64,000 bases of DNA, taken from Octopus sinensis. Its lineage: Eukaryota. How positions within the stretch are numbered: the first letter of the stretch is position 1; each line of letters starts with the position of its first letter. The stretch spans positions 108,686,001 through 108,750,000 of the forward strand of contig NC_043000.1 in the NCBI RefSeq assembly GCF_006345805.1. Reading direction: 5' to 3'. Both the position numbers and the translations under genes were made by a program. Positions 53,301 to 63,600 of the stretch are shown here, one piece after another. Below the pieces are notes generated by a model. It was not told the DNA's origin, did not search any database, and worked only from the letters and a program-made list of their open reading frames with translations.

Positions 53301-56300
53301 ACTTATTAATTTGTTTGCTATCAGTTTATCAAGCTGCAGTAAGGTCATACTTTTGCTAAATTTCAAACATCCAAAAACATGTCTGGAGTTGTCACCCATA
53401 AATACTGGTAAACAGATGTCCTGGGCTGAGAAGACTTTTTCCTCAACACATTATACATTTCACTTCAATGTTCAACTGCTCCGTGCATTAAGTATGCTTT
53501 TATTCATCTGCTACAAAATATAATAGAGACTGTCATGATTAAATATATTTTGAGGCAGTGGCACTCTGTGGAGTGGCTGGTGTTAGGAAGAGCATCTAGC
53601 TGTGAAAAACCATGCCAAAACAAACGCAGAAGTCTGGTGCAGGCTTCTGTCAAACCCTCCAACCCATGCCAACATGGAAGGAAGACATTAAACAATGATG
53701 AGCATGTAAAGAGCACCTTTCGAGCGTTGGACCTCACAGAGGAAAAGTGAGTGAGTTCCTTTCGAGCGCTGGACCTCACAGAGAGAAAGTGACTGAGACC
53801 ATTTGGCATTATGTCATGCTTGAGAAGAAGACCCATCAAGCCAAGCAAAATCGCAGTCATGGCAGATACTGGCATCCAGTCATAGAGAACCATGCCAAAT
53901 CAGACTGGAGTCTGGTGCAGCCTTCCAGCTTACCAGCTGCCCAACCTGCCCAAACTGTGCCAGCATGGACAACGGATGTTCAATGATGATGATGATTGGT
54001 AGAATTTGAGAAAATGCTTTGTTATTTGTCAACTCTTAGTGTTGTGACTTGAAATCATCATCAGGTTAATTCTGCCATTCATCCTTATGAGGTTGACATT
54101 GTTTTACAGGAAAATAGATCTTCCTGTAACTTGAGGGGATGCCTTGACCCATCTTCAACACCATCCTCTTTCTTTTCCAACTGGGGTAACCATGTACCGC
54201 CTCCACAGAAATCCACCCGTTTCGACACCACTCCCATTACCTGCTATAAAGCCTCTCCCCTCAATACCATTCCCTCCACTCACCAGAAGGGTTTTGTCTT
54301 ACAAGTTGCTGGACCTCACTAGAGCTAAAGCCCTTTAAAAAGCATTCAGTTCACTCTGTAAAGTGGTCAGCTTTGGGAAGGTCATCCAGTTGCAGGAACC
54401 ATGCTAAAGCTGATAAATGGAGCCTGGTGCAGAACTCTGGCCTGCAGGTTCTGGTTGAACCATCCAATCCATGCCAGCATGAAAACAGTGGACATTGAAA
54501 TGATGATGATGATGATATATACATATATAGAACTATTTTTTTCGTTAGCACTCAAGTGTTACTGAAGTATGAGTCTCTGGATTAAGTGTACCAATATGAC
54601 TCAAAACTCTATCAAGATGGACAAACCGTGTTTTCATTTAACTGTAATTAGAACCTATAGGATAGGATTGAAAACCGAAACACCCTTTCATTTCTACCAT
54701 TGGAATATTAAGGATATATTGTGATGGAGGGAGAGAGGGAGGGTGAGTCAAAGTTCACATGTAGAGAGTATTTCCCCATTGTTTTGTTATAAAAGAAACA
54801 AACAAGATTGTAGGAATCTGTGTTTGTGATGTATGTTACATGTATTGTTGATTGGTGTGTGTGTGTGTGTGTTTATGCTAGCATGGAAAAAAACAGGATG
54901 GAAAATGATAATGAGTGTCTGTATAAATTCATATATATATATATACACCCATGAATACACAAATACCATATAAGGTATTACACAGAAATTATTAATTACG
55001 TCAATAATTACAAGTTCTTGTAATTATAACATCACTTAATACTTCCATTTGTATATATCGTTATGCTCACAAACTATCCTATTTTTGATGTAGTATCCTT
55101 TGAGCAGAAGCTAAATAAAATCAGGTCATAAAAACAATTCACTTGGCCATATCTGAGGCAGTTTGCAAATGGATTACTAACCTGCAAATCAGGTTCCACA
55201 ATCAAGACATTCTATAAACTCTAAGAGCAATGTAGAAGCTTTGGAACAGTTATTTTGAAATGGTTGACATCAGAAAATTTACTGAGTAAATAATTATTAT
55301 CAACAGTAGCCAAATTTTCCTCATACCAACTTTTTTTTACTACCTTTAGTATTGTAGTCATATCTTTGATATTCAGCTTCCAGTTGGAGAGAGTCTGAAA
55401 TCATTACTATCACTTTTGCTCTTCAAACTATACAAATATAAAATCTTTACAAATTTTCTAGAAACTCCAAGTTCCATTGCAGTTAAGTAAATGTTAAGAC
55501 CCTGTTTTCTGTTTCCTACCATGTTCCCTTTTCTCTAACCAATATCAGTGAAGTACAAAGATTCCGTGCTCCTTCTCCATGGGGCTAAAGATTAAGACTA
55601 CACATTCTATGAGCAGCCATTTTCCACTATGCATTATAAAGGAGAGTTGATGGCAAATAAAGAAAGGATATTGTTGAATGGTATGGTGGTGTTGACATAA
55701 ATAAAACAAAATTATCTAAGATATGGTACTGACCTAACTAAGTTCAAACTCCCTGCAGGCATCGTTGGCAAGTATATTTTGTCTCAATCCATTTAGCAAA
55801 CAGGTTAGCAATCATAATCATCGTTTAACATTTTTTTTCCATGTTGGTGTGGATTGGACAATCTGACAAGAACTGGAAAGCCAGAGGACTGCACCATGTT
55901 CCAGTGTCTCCTTTAACATGGTTTCTATAGCTGGGTGCCCTTTTTAATACTAACCACTTCCACAGAGTGTACTTTTTTACAAAGCACTGGCACAAGTACA
56001 GTCGCTAAGTAACAAGACAAAACCAAGGGGGAGGGAGTAGCATAGAAGAAGGTGGGAGGTTTTAGCCGGGTGATTGGAGGCTAAAGTGTGATAGAGAGAC
56101 AAGAACAGGTGTCTTGCCGTCAGGGAGAGACATAGTTAACCCAGTTGGAAAGGAAAGACGCTGATGGTGATAATGTGTGAGGGAGAGAACTGGGAATAGT
56201 GATGACAGAGTGAGCAATGTTTATCTACCCAGTTCCACAAATGCACAGTTAAGTACTGACTTGTGAAGCTCTTAGCAAATTAAGAGACATTAACACTTTT

Positions 56301-59300
56301 ACAAAGAAGCAGCACAGAGTCTGGCACCAACCGGTGTGTTTTGTCTTCAGCACTGGAACTACTTTATACCCATATAATTTGTAATGATGGCTGGACAATA
56401 GACAGACATATTGGACAGGACTAGCTTCTACCAATGTCCAATTCTTCAATTAACTGCAATTGGTCGGCAACTCAACAGAGAATTGGAATCCAGCAAACTT
56501 GTCAACATAGCAGTGGTTTTGGTAGGTGTGTGAGGTTTCATATTTTTTCTTTGCTTTATTTTTTTACCCCACTGGTTTTTTTGTTTTTTTTTGAAGGATG
56601 GAATTCTCTAGAACCAAGGCATAATATTTGTAGGTGATGGAAGATAGTAAACAACCAATGTCAGAAGGGTTTCTGTGACGACACAGACCGTTTTTACACT
56701 CCATCGTCCCAACCATTATTTCCCCCAACTCAACACATTCAACAATCAAAACAGAAAACCGAAAACCCTGTTTTTATCCCGTTTCTTTACTTCACTGATT
56801 ACTTGAATGTCTGGTCTGATAGTAAAGAAACTTCTGGAGCTGGAGATCATCATCATCATTTTTAGTTTGCTTTTCCATGCTGGTATGGGTTGCATGTTTT
56901 TTTATCTATTTATTTTTTGAGGCAGTGTTTTACCACCTAGATAGTGGCAGGCACAGGTGTGTGGTTCCCAACCACATGATTCCAAGTTCAGTCCCACTGC
57001 TTGGCACCTAGAACATGTGTCTACAGTAGTCCCATACCAACTAAGGCCTTCAGAATGGATTTTTCGTTGATGGAAACTAAAAAAAAAATCCATCATATGT
57101 GTGTGTGTGTCCTTGATTTGGCATGGTGTAACAGTTGTAAAGGATTATCCTTGTTATACAAGCAGTGTCATTCATTTCCAATGTCCTGTGAAAATATGTC
57201 TGGTCACGGGGGGAAAATATTACCTTCCTCGGAAACAGGCACGGGTTGATGACAGGAAGAGCATCCACCAGTAGAAAATCTGTCTCAACAAACTCCATCT
57301 CAGCCATGCAAGCATGGAGAAGAGAACATTAAAACAATGATGATGACCACTTCATCATATCCATTCTCTACACTCACATGGGTTGATGATCATGCAATTT
57401 ATTTTTAATCAGTATGTTTATGAGAAAAAGATAGTCTTTGAAATTTTGCTTTTTTAAATAAATAATTTGGTTGTTAATTCCTTTCTATTCAATACATTGG
57501 AAAAGCTACATTTATAATGGAAATAAACAAACAGAAACAGTTGCCTAAGGAATGAAATGAAATGGGTCCATAGTTACATAAGAATGCAATTTCTTTTTCA
57601 TGGTTGTTATAATGATTGGAAATTAAAAAAAAAAAAAATTCAAAGATGTACAGAAAATCTTAGTTTTTAGTAAACGCCTTTGGAAATATTGAATTACATA
57701 AGAGATCACAGCTATGGCCATGTGGTTAGACTGTCAGAGGAAAGAATCAGAAAACAGATTCAAGACAAGCCAACTGGCAGGAGATCTAAGGGTAGAATAA
57801 GTTACTTGGATAATATCCATAGTCTGAGTCAGTGATATTTTGGGAATCCAGCCGGAATGCTTCTTGATATCGCCCTTTAATACCTCATCATCACCATCAT
57901 GTAGAATCCATTCTCCATGCTGGCATAGGTTGGACAGTTCAACAGGAATTGGCAAGCCAGAGAACTACATCAATTTCCAATGTCTGCCATAGCAGGTTTT
58001 CACTGGCTGGGTTCCCTTCCAAACACCAACCACTTTACAGGGTGTACTGGGTCCTTTTTATCTGGCACTAGTGAAGTCAACAAGTAATTCACAAGACAAA
58101 ATCTCTCAACCGAGGTGGGAGAGCAGTATTGAGGGAGGTGGTTTTATGCCAGATAATCAGAAGTTAAAGTATGACAGGAATGGGTATGATGCTGTGGGTG
58201 AGATGCATGGTCACCCCACTTGGAAGAGAAAGATCGTGGTGAAAATGTGTCATGGTGTACCATCAACTTACAACAACATATTTTTTGGTCTTTGCCCTGA
58301 ATTGGTTGGGGCGTTGCCTTACTAGCACTTTACTGCATTGCCTTACTAGCACTTGTACTCGTAGCATGTGAAATATTTGAGCGAGGTCATTGCCAGTGCA
58401 GCTGGGCTGGCTCCTGTGCAGGTGGCACGTAAAAAGCACCATTTGGGCGTGGCCGTTTCCAGTATCACCAAACTGGCCCTCGTGCCAGTGGCACATAAAA
58501 GCACCCACTACACTCTCAGAGTGGTTGGCGTTAGGAAGGGCATCCAGCTGTAGAAACTCTGCTAGATCAGATTGGAGTCTGGTTCGCCAGACCTCAGTCA
58601 AATCGTCCAACCCATGCTAGCATCGAAAGTGGATGTTAAATGATGATGATGACTTCTTTACATGTCTGTCACCTTTCAAACACACGATCTCCATCTAAGA
58701 ACTTTCCTCTCACACCTTGTTTTTCTCTCGATTCATTTGTCATCCATCAATCATGCACACACAAATTACATGCCTAGCAAAACATGCGTGCGTCATCCAT
58801 TTCCAATTTTTGTACATCCTTTGCATTCAATACTAATATTTTGGTCCCATGCAGTATCAAACTTTAATTGGAGACAGAGTTTCTTTTTTGTTGCTAATAG
58901 AGTCAAGAGCTTTCTAAACTCCACCCTTCGATTCGTATTCCGACTACTATACTTTGAAACACTCTCCTCCACTGCTAATTAGGTCACCTTGCTAAAAGGA
59001 GCTATCAATCACATCTACGGAAACTAACATAAGGGATAGCTAAAATATCAGGGCATTGGGCAAAAATCTCTTTTGGAAAGGGATGCCAGACCATCCCTGG
59101 TAATATAAAAAAATAACTTCTACTGAGTGATAACAATCACTTGGTTGAAGTGGCCAAAATTAAGTGTCCTGTCTAATGACATTATTACAGTGCCAACAAT
59201 GGATTTGAACCGGAGACCAATTATCTAGCACTATATAGCCATTTTAGATTTGATTTGCCCCTGATCAGTAATAAGCCACACTGGCTGTTTTACAGCAGGA

Positions 59301-60670
59301 TTGCACGACTTAGAAAATGGTAAGACAATTCCACTATTCCAACAAATTAATAGTTTAGATACTTTTAATCCTGAATAGAGTATGCAGCAACTGAACATAA
59401 AATTTCTTAATTTAACCTAAAGCATGAAACTCAACAAGACATACGACTGGGTTAGTAGATTGTAGTAGATAATAGGCTTTTATGGGGTTATGTCCAGTCA
59501 CGGCATGAAACGTTTCAAATTATGCCAGATAAGAAATTTACTTGGTGATACACAAAATGAGCATAAAACTATAGACCTCATGTTTAATCAGAATATCCAG
59601 GTGCCGTTTTCAGCTAGTGTGATAGAGGGTAATGGTTGGGGGAAGTTGTAGGGAATAATTAGAGAAGGGGCACACACTATGGGTCAGGGAGAAGAGGGAG
59701 CATACTGTAGGATTGAGGGAAGTGGGTGTACATTGTATGGATGAGAGAAGGGGTTGCATAGTGGAGGGCCAAAAGAAAAGGAGGCACACACTGCAGGGCT
59801 GACCTAAGGTGTTGAAACCACGGCAGAGGCCCTGTTAGAAGTTGGAGTGCAACCATATATAGAAGTGAAATAGCTGAACTGATAAGGCATAAATCTACAA
59901 GTTTTTATGTCTTGCAGGTGTTCTGTTGAATATTTGGACCGAAAACTTATTTCTGTAATACTTAAGTTTACTTAGCTGTTAGAAAGAGATGTGGGAACTT
60001 CAGTGAATCTTAGCTGGGAAAAGTTCTTTGAGGTCAACTGGAAGCACTTGATCTTTTCCTAATAATAAAGAAAGGAGGTGGGGGGATAAAAAGAGAAATT
60101 TAATTTCTTACCTTCAGAGTTGCCTGCATTAACTAACTTTCCGGAAGTGTTGGCAATAGTCTCAAGCCGTGTGGATACCCGTTCCAGGCTCACCACCGCC
60201 GTCTCAAGACGCTCAATTGATTTTATCATTTGCTCAGCTGACATTTCGCCAGAATTGAGTCGAGCTCTTTCTTCAGCAGCAATAGCAAGAGCGTTGGATA
60301 GCTCACTGGCAATACGTTTTTCTCTTTTTTGTGATGCTTTAATAAGTTCACTTGCAAACGGTAGAGAGGAAACTGGTTGTTCACTGCTGGGCTTTTTCAC
60401 AATGTCCTGTTTAAATTCTTTAGCCTTTGCTTCTGAGGTAGAAGTATTTTCTTTAGAAGATGCAACTGGATCAGGTGCAGTCTCTTTTTTGATGTCTGTT
60501 GTTTCTACGCTGGCTCGTTTTGTTTGAAGGTCAAGTTCTACTTTCTCAACAATTGGTGGCTCAACTCCGTTTCCTGACTTGTAAATTGGATTTTCAGAAT
60601 TCTTGTTGTCTGGTGTTACTTGCAAAATCTTCTTCGATTTAGATTTCCTACAACCAGTACAACAAAACAT
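19826..60670 (-). CDS. CAP1: Adenylyl cyclase-associated protein (CAP/Srv2 family), multi-exon, 3'-partial in this window
   Basis: The spliced exons translate without a stop: ...[216 protein letters not shown]. The motifs RLE, FNHLSAxSESIxALGWV, FYTNRVLK and HTTGLxW are diagnostic of the CAP N-terminal domain. All junctions are GT-AG with matching phases. CAP1 is a family label; the vertebrate CAP1/CAP2 distinction cannot be made here. Confidence 0.96.
20818..20900 (-). CDS. CAP1: CAP exon, 83 nt ([27 protein letters not shown])
   Basis: Acceptor tactttaattgcag, donor gtaagt, phase 0 to 2. Contains the signature KEM.D...FYTNRVLKE. Confidence 0.96.
21495..21809 (+). repeat. Interspersed repeat ending in a short (TAA)n tail, probably a LINE 3' UTR
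   Basis: Ends ttttaccccagtgtcactttcatgacatgcactgctttctcactcaataataataat; family assignment is from recall only. Confidence 0.4.
22675..22764 (-). CDS. CAP1: CAP exon, 90 nt ([30 protein letters not shown])
   Basis: Acceptor tgtctctttcag, donor gtaagt, phase 0-0. Contains the signature REKNR..[17 protein letters not shown]. Confidence 0.96.
22841..23126. repeat. Minisatellite, about 32-nt unit (caagtttatatagacacatacccatatatata) x9
   Basis: Nine copies of caagtttatataga; unit length varies only in the (TA)n and ca parts. Confidence 0.95.
23608..23817. mobile_element. piggyBac-like MITE (210 bp) with TTAA TSD
   Basis: TTAA|CCCTTTAGTGTTTA ... TGAACACTAAAGGG|TTAA; TIRs match at 13 of 14 positions. 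Confidence 0.85.
24720..24773 (-). CDS. CAP1: CAP exon, 54 nt ([18 protein letters not shown])
   Basis: Acceptor ttgttttttctcag, donor gtaaga, phase 0-0. Matches the LLxPxS helix of CAP. Confidence 0.9.
25761..25838 (-). CDS. CAP1: CAP exon, 78 nt ([26 protein letters not shown])
   Basis: Acceptor ttgtcttcttccag, donor gtaaga, phase 0-0. CAP-like AFxAQRxFL..S..KKP pattern. Confidence 0.93.
26948..27051 (-). CDS. CAP1: CAP exon, 104 nt ([35 protein letters not shown])
   Basis: Acceptor ttttttattgcag, donor gtaagt, phase 1 to 0. Matches the first helices of the CAP helical folded domain. Confidence 0.93.
29620..30770 (-). mobile_element. Degenerate L1/Tx1-like LINE fragment (RT C-terminus and zinc-binding region)
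   Basis: Pieces read across frames: [60 protein letters not shown]...C.RC..HALFQCP. Boundaries approximate. Confidence 0.65.
31104..31453 (+). mobile_element. Severely 5'-truncated R4/Dong-type element between (TAA)n arrays
   Basis: Encodes [35 protein letters not shown], then a short UTR and (TAA)n at 31424-31453. Preceded by (TAA)n at 31075-31103. Confidence 0.75.
34875..35043. mobile_element. hAT-like MITE
   Basis: Ends cagcaattcttcacc / ggctgagaacattg; 8-bp flanks atttaaac / ctttagac match at 6 of 8. Confidence 0.45.
36200..36450 (+). mobile_element. Penelope-like element ORF fragment (region after the RT)
   Basis: [47 protein letters not shown] resembles the TNIG..F..L..KHFP..HK..KIFN...VK.SYS...N....I.AHN segment of Penelope-like ORFs (recalled pattern). 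Confidence 0.6.
38965..39490. repeat. Complex (TA)/(CA)/(TACA) microsatellite field with an embedded unit of about 30 nt x3
   Basis: Seen directly; it produces the spurious YIYI/CVCI ORFs in the track. Confidence 0.95.
40603..40828 (-). mobile_element. tRNA-derived SINE with an 18-bp TSD
   Basis: TSD tttacaaacacctctatc at 40585-40602 and 40829-40846. Confidence 0.9.
41090..41471 (-). CDS. CAP1: Candidate alternative CAP first exon, 127 aa, starting [11 protein letters not shown] with a Tyr/acidic tail
   Basis: Inside the stop-free, non-repetitive ORF 41010..41498. Starts MGxCxS..KK. Ends at donor GTAG|GTAGGT in phase 1, in frame with exon 27051. An internal phase-1 acceptor-like site is present at 41335. 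Confidence 0.65.
43444..43673 (-). mobile_element. tRNA-derived SINE with an approximately 22-bp TSD
   Basis: catattgtattacatacatata at 43422-43443 and 43674-43695. Confidence 0.9.
43846..43942 (-). CDS. CAP1: Candidate alternative CAP first exon, Tyr-rich 32-aa leader ([32 protein letters not shown])
   Basis: ATG-initiated open frame ending in a perfect donor ACAG|GTGAGT in phase 1, so in frame with exon 27051. 11 of 32 residues are Tyr and the segment is not a microsatellite. No transcript evidence. Confidence 0.6.
45399..46330 (+). mobile_element. RTE-clade LINE 3' fragment, same family as 47871-50015, opposite orientation
   Basis: ORF 45484..45900 aligns by eye with the C-terminus of the 544-aa ORF ([20 protein letters not shown]...[15 protein letters not shown]). 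It has a matching 3' UTR and a (GAT)n tail. Confidence 0.9.
47120..47300 (+). mobile_element. Short element between (TA)n arrays, Penelope terminal-repeat-like
   Basis: About 180 nt bounded on both sides by long (TA)n. Contains ctgtggaagagcgtaggctcgaaa, a hammerhead-like core. Confidence 0.5.
47871..50015 (-). mobile_element. RTE-clade LINE, 5'-truncated, with 3' UTR and (GAT)n tail
   Basis: Contains the 544-aa RT ORF followed by about 470 nt of 3' UTR ending ...atgctagcatgaaaagtggacgttaaacaatgatgatgat on the minus strand. Clade inferred from the C-terminal GSETW / RWYG / GRGRPRKTW motifs. Confidence 0.93.
48344..49978 (-). CDS. LINE reverse transcriptase ORF (no endonuclease domain in the retained part)
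   Basis: Motifs [47 protein letters not shown] and FRYLG; a C4HC3 cluster follows the RT core. Confidence 0.95.
   Translation of the reverse strand: MVVKAIRSMKTGKAPGPSGITAEMLKISGSVGYSLVTRIVNQVIHEGVIPNDWCSSIIVNCYNGKGDALDTSNYRGIKLLDQVMKVTERVIAQLIRERVNLDEMQFSFVPGKSTTDAIFLVRQLQEKYLAKDKPLYLAFVDLEKAFDRVTRSLIWWSMRKLGIDEWLVRAVRVMYRDAVSKVRVGNEYSEEFQVEVGVHQGSVLSPFLFIIVLQAITEEFKTGCPWELLYADDLALITESLSELEEKFLTWKQGLESKGLRAKTKVLISRKVDKSQTPSGRWPCSICRKGVGRNSIRCTKCKLWTHKRCSNVQGRLTRKIVFVCGRCSGAINTENAQRPSSATFQGEKLEIVDSFRYLGDQVSSGGGCAESVTAGVQTAWAKLRELLPLLVTKGLSLRVKGRLYDTCIRTAMLHGSETWAVTAEDMRKLARNEASMLRWMCNVSVHTRQSVSALREKLDLRSIRCGVQERRVRWYGQVVRMDEDSCGKKCHTLAVEGTCGRGRPRKTWDEVVKHDHRSLGLTEEMTSDRDLWKYAVREKTRQDK
50335..50490 (+). 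mobile_element. Left-end fragment of the same piggyBac-like MITE family
   Basis: TTAA|CCCTTTAGT start and internal similarity to 23608-23817 (aaactggc, tacaatgt, cacatca, gataatgca); no right TIR seen. Confidence 0.55.
58330..58652 (+). mobile_element. Non-autonomous element sharing the RTE 3' UTR and (GAT)n tail; representative copy
   Basis: gagtggttggcgttaggaagggcatccagctgtagaaac...cccatgctagcat...gttaaatgatgatgatg matches the 3' UTR of the RTE copies; many similar copies occur (e.g. near 9130, 21160, 25970, 53550, 53790, 54350, 57900). Confidence 0.8.
60112..60670 (-). CDS. CAP1: CAP distal first coding exon (long ATG 60670; conventional in-frame ATG 60244; RLE motif)
   Basis: Lies within ORF 60059..60682. 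Contains [19 protein letters not shown]. Ends at donor GAAG|GTAAGA in phase 1, which matches the phase-1 acceptor at 27051. There is no AG between the upstream T-tract and ATG 60670. Confidence 0.9.
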
Positions 60671-63600
60671 TTTCACAGTCAAAATATGAAGAAATCAAAA
60701 TGACAGTATAGTTTAAATAAGAAAAAAAAAAATTGTTTTTTTCTCTCTATCTCCTCACACTTTTTCCCTCCCTTTTTTTGTTGTTAAGCTTTGAAAAATT
60801 TCTCAGAAAAGCATGAGGTTGTGTTAAAGAGCTATGAATAAAAAAAAATGCAGTGAAGTAGGTGGCAGGGTGAGTGGGAAGAAGAGGGGAAATAATATTT
60901 GTAAAAGTATTAAACAAATAAAACAATTGAGTGTGAATAAGAGAGAGTGTGTATGTGTGTGTGTATAAATGAAAAGTACAAAAAGAATTAACAAAATTTT
61001 GAGAATCTACTTGTCTTAAAAGGTTAACAGACGCCAGTGTGTGTGTGTTGTAGTAGTAGTAGAGGAGGAAGAGGAGGAAGAAGAGTAGAAGGATAGTTAT
61101 GTACAACAGAATTTAAATTGGTTTGTCTTTGATCAAAAAAAAATAAAAATAACCAATTGCAAAATAATTCAAGAGAAAAAACAATTAAAGTAGAGGAGTG
61201 CCTATATATATATATATATATATATAGTGAGAAAGACAAAGAGAGTTTTGAGTGTATAGCGGATAAATATTAGGGCAGAATGAGAAAGAAGGGGGAGGGA
61301 TAAAAGTTAGTCACAGATGGAAAGAAAAAAAAATGTACCTATGTGTATGTGTGTATATATAAGAGTTTCTTAACAATCCGTTTACTATTTGGAGACAGAT
61401 AAAAGTAAAATGATAAAACAAACCAGAGAAAATATTTCACAGAAGCTTTCTATCTTTGTGTATATTTATTGCGTAAAATATAATGTCTATATATATATAT
61501 ATATATGGGTGTGTTCGTGTGAGAAAGCATAAGAGTCATAAATGCTGTGTCTGAGTGGGAGAAAAGGTTGCTTTTTTTTTTTCCTTCTTTAAGACAGAAG
61601 TATTTCTTATTCAGTGTATGTCCAGAAATGTGTGAATGTGTGTGGCTCCAAGGCCACAGACGGACTAAATGACTAACATCAAAGAGAAAAAAACTAGGGT
61701 GATGTTATAGAAGAAAGGAGAGGAAAAAAAAAGAGAAAGAAAATCAAGGAGAGAGAGATTTTAAAAGGTGGACTTTCACTAGGAATGGTTTAAAGACGAG
61801 TTGACTTCAAGTTTGACCAGTTTACTTCTCTTTCTATTTTTATTACCAAAAACCGAAAAACAAAAAACCAACAGAAGAGAGAGAAGAGTAAAATTTTACA
61901 AACACAGAAATCAAACTAATTAAACAGAAGTGAATGAAATCACCAGATGAAACAAGTCGAAATTTCAAGTTGAATTAACATCAGTTTGAGTGTGTGTTAA
62001 TTAATTTATCATACAAATGATTTTCCAGGCTAGCATGGTGTGTGGATGAGCACATTAATGAGGTATAGTTTCTGTTGGATGCCCCCTCTTGTTGTTCACC
62101 TTTATCTTTTTTGCAAATAAGGGATGTTTTTTCCCCCCACTTTTCAGATCTACAGACTATATATATATATATATATATATAGAACTGGATTCAAAGAATC
62201 AAGTGGAACCCAGTGTAAAGCACTCCAGATGAGGATATCTAGCTATATTGTATGGGTTAGTATGGATACAATAGTCTCAGTGTTTATCTCCAAAACACTC
62301 AAATGGACGGCAGTTACCTGAAAATTTCAAAGAGAGAATATCCCCATGGAAACATGTGTCAAACACACACACACACACATGTATGTATGTTTGAAAGTAT
62401 AATGAGGCCAACTGTATTTTGTTACAGAGAAGTCTTGAAACACACAGCTGAACTTTTAAATGTTTTTTGCAGTTGAGACGTTCTAGGTTGAGACAAAAGG
62501 CAGTGAAGAAAAAAAAAATGGACTCAAAAGTTTATTTTTAAAAAGAGTTTCTCATCAACTCAATGAGATTCTGCTAGATACAGGGATGCAAAGACTACAT
62601 TAGTATTTTATCTTACTAGTCCAAACTCCTAGGAAAGATTAAAGATAAATATTTAAGCGCCCTTGGCAGTATTTGAACACGAAACACTCAGGCACTGAAC
62701 TATATGGAGAGAAATATATCTCCAACTGACCAGCTCTACAGTGTCCACTTGAACAAGCCCTGCCCAAAAACGTAGCAGCAGCAGTAGTAGTAGTTTCTAA
62801 GATAGGCACACAAGGCCTGAAATTCTGGGGGAGGGTCTTAGTTGATTACATTGACTCCCAGTGCTTAACTGCTATTTTATTGATCCTGAAAGGACAAGAG
62901 GATGATAATAATAATAATGATAATAATAAGTATAATGAGTATAAGCTAAAAGAGTGGGAATAAACTGCTCAGATGTGGTGTGGTGTTCATAATAAATCAA
63001 CAAAAAACTGTGAAAAAAATAATAATAAGAGGAAGTGAATGTGGGTGGGGATTGATTGTAAGATCAGAAAATGTTAATTAACAATAGAGCTGGCAGGAAG
63101 AAGATTTTAGTAGGTTTTGTCTTGTTGTAAATGTTGTGAATTTCTTTTGTTTTTGTCTTTATTTTCTTCTGCACTTTTATGCCTCAACACAGAAGTGAAA
63201 TAATAGAAAATGAATTGTGGTTTTGGATTCAGAAAATGAAACACTAAAACTAGATTGTCACCAATAATAATTTCTACAAAGAAGTAATGAATAGGTTATT
63301 GAGGAAACATGAAACTAGATTGTGGACTCAGGTTGTCAAGAATTGACTAGTGTATGTGTGTGTGTATAAAACTCAAAATCAGGTGATTGTTTCCTTTTTG
63401 ATCAAAACTCGAAATACAAGTTACTATTAGTAGTATCAACAGAGGAAAAAGAAAAATGATTAAAAAAACTTGACTAATATTACTAATTTCAGTCAATAAT
63501 AGCCCTTCAGTAATAGTTTTATTTTTAATACTGGATTATAACTGTTGGCTAAGTTGAGTGGGAAAGAAAACTGACACATTTCCTGTGCATTGTTAGAAGT

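Noticed and set aside
55030-55480. AT-rich stretch that looks like decayed coding sequence
   Set aside because: Many stops in all frames and no motif I could assign to a family.
60120-60527. 135-aa plus-strand ORF
   Set aside because: Antisense shadow of the CAP first exon; ORFs 49047-49736 and 40992-41339 are likewise shadows of minus-strand coding sequence.
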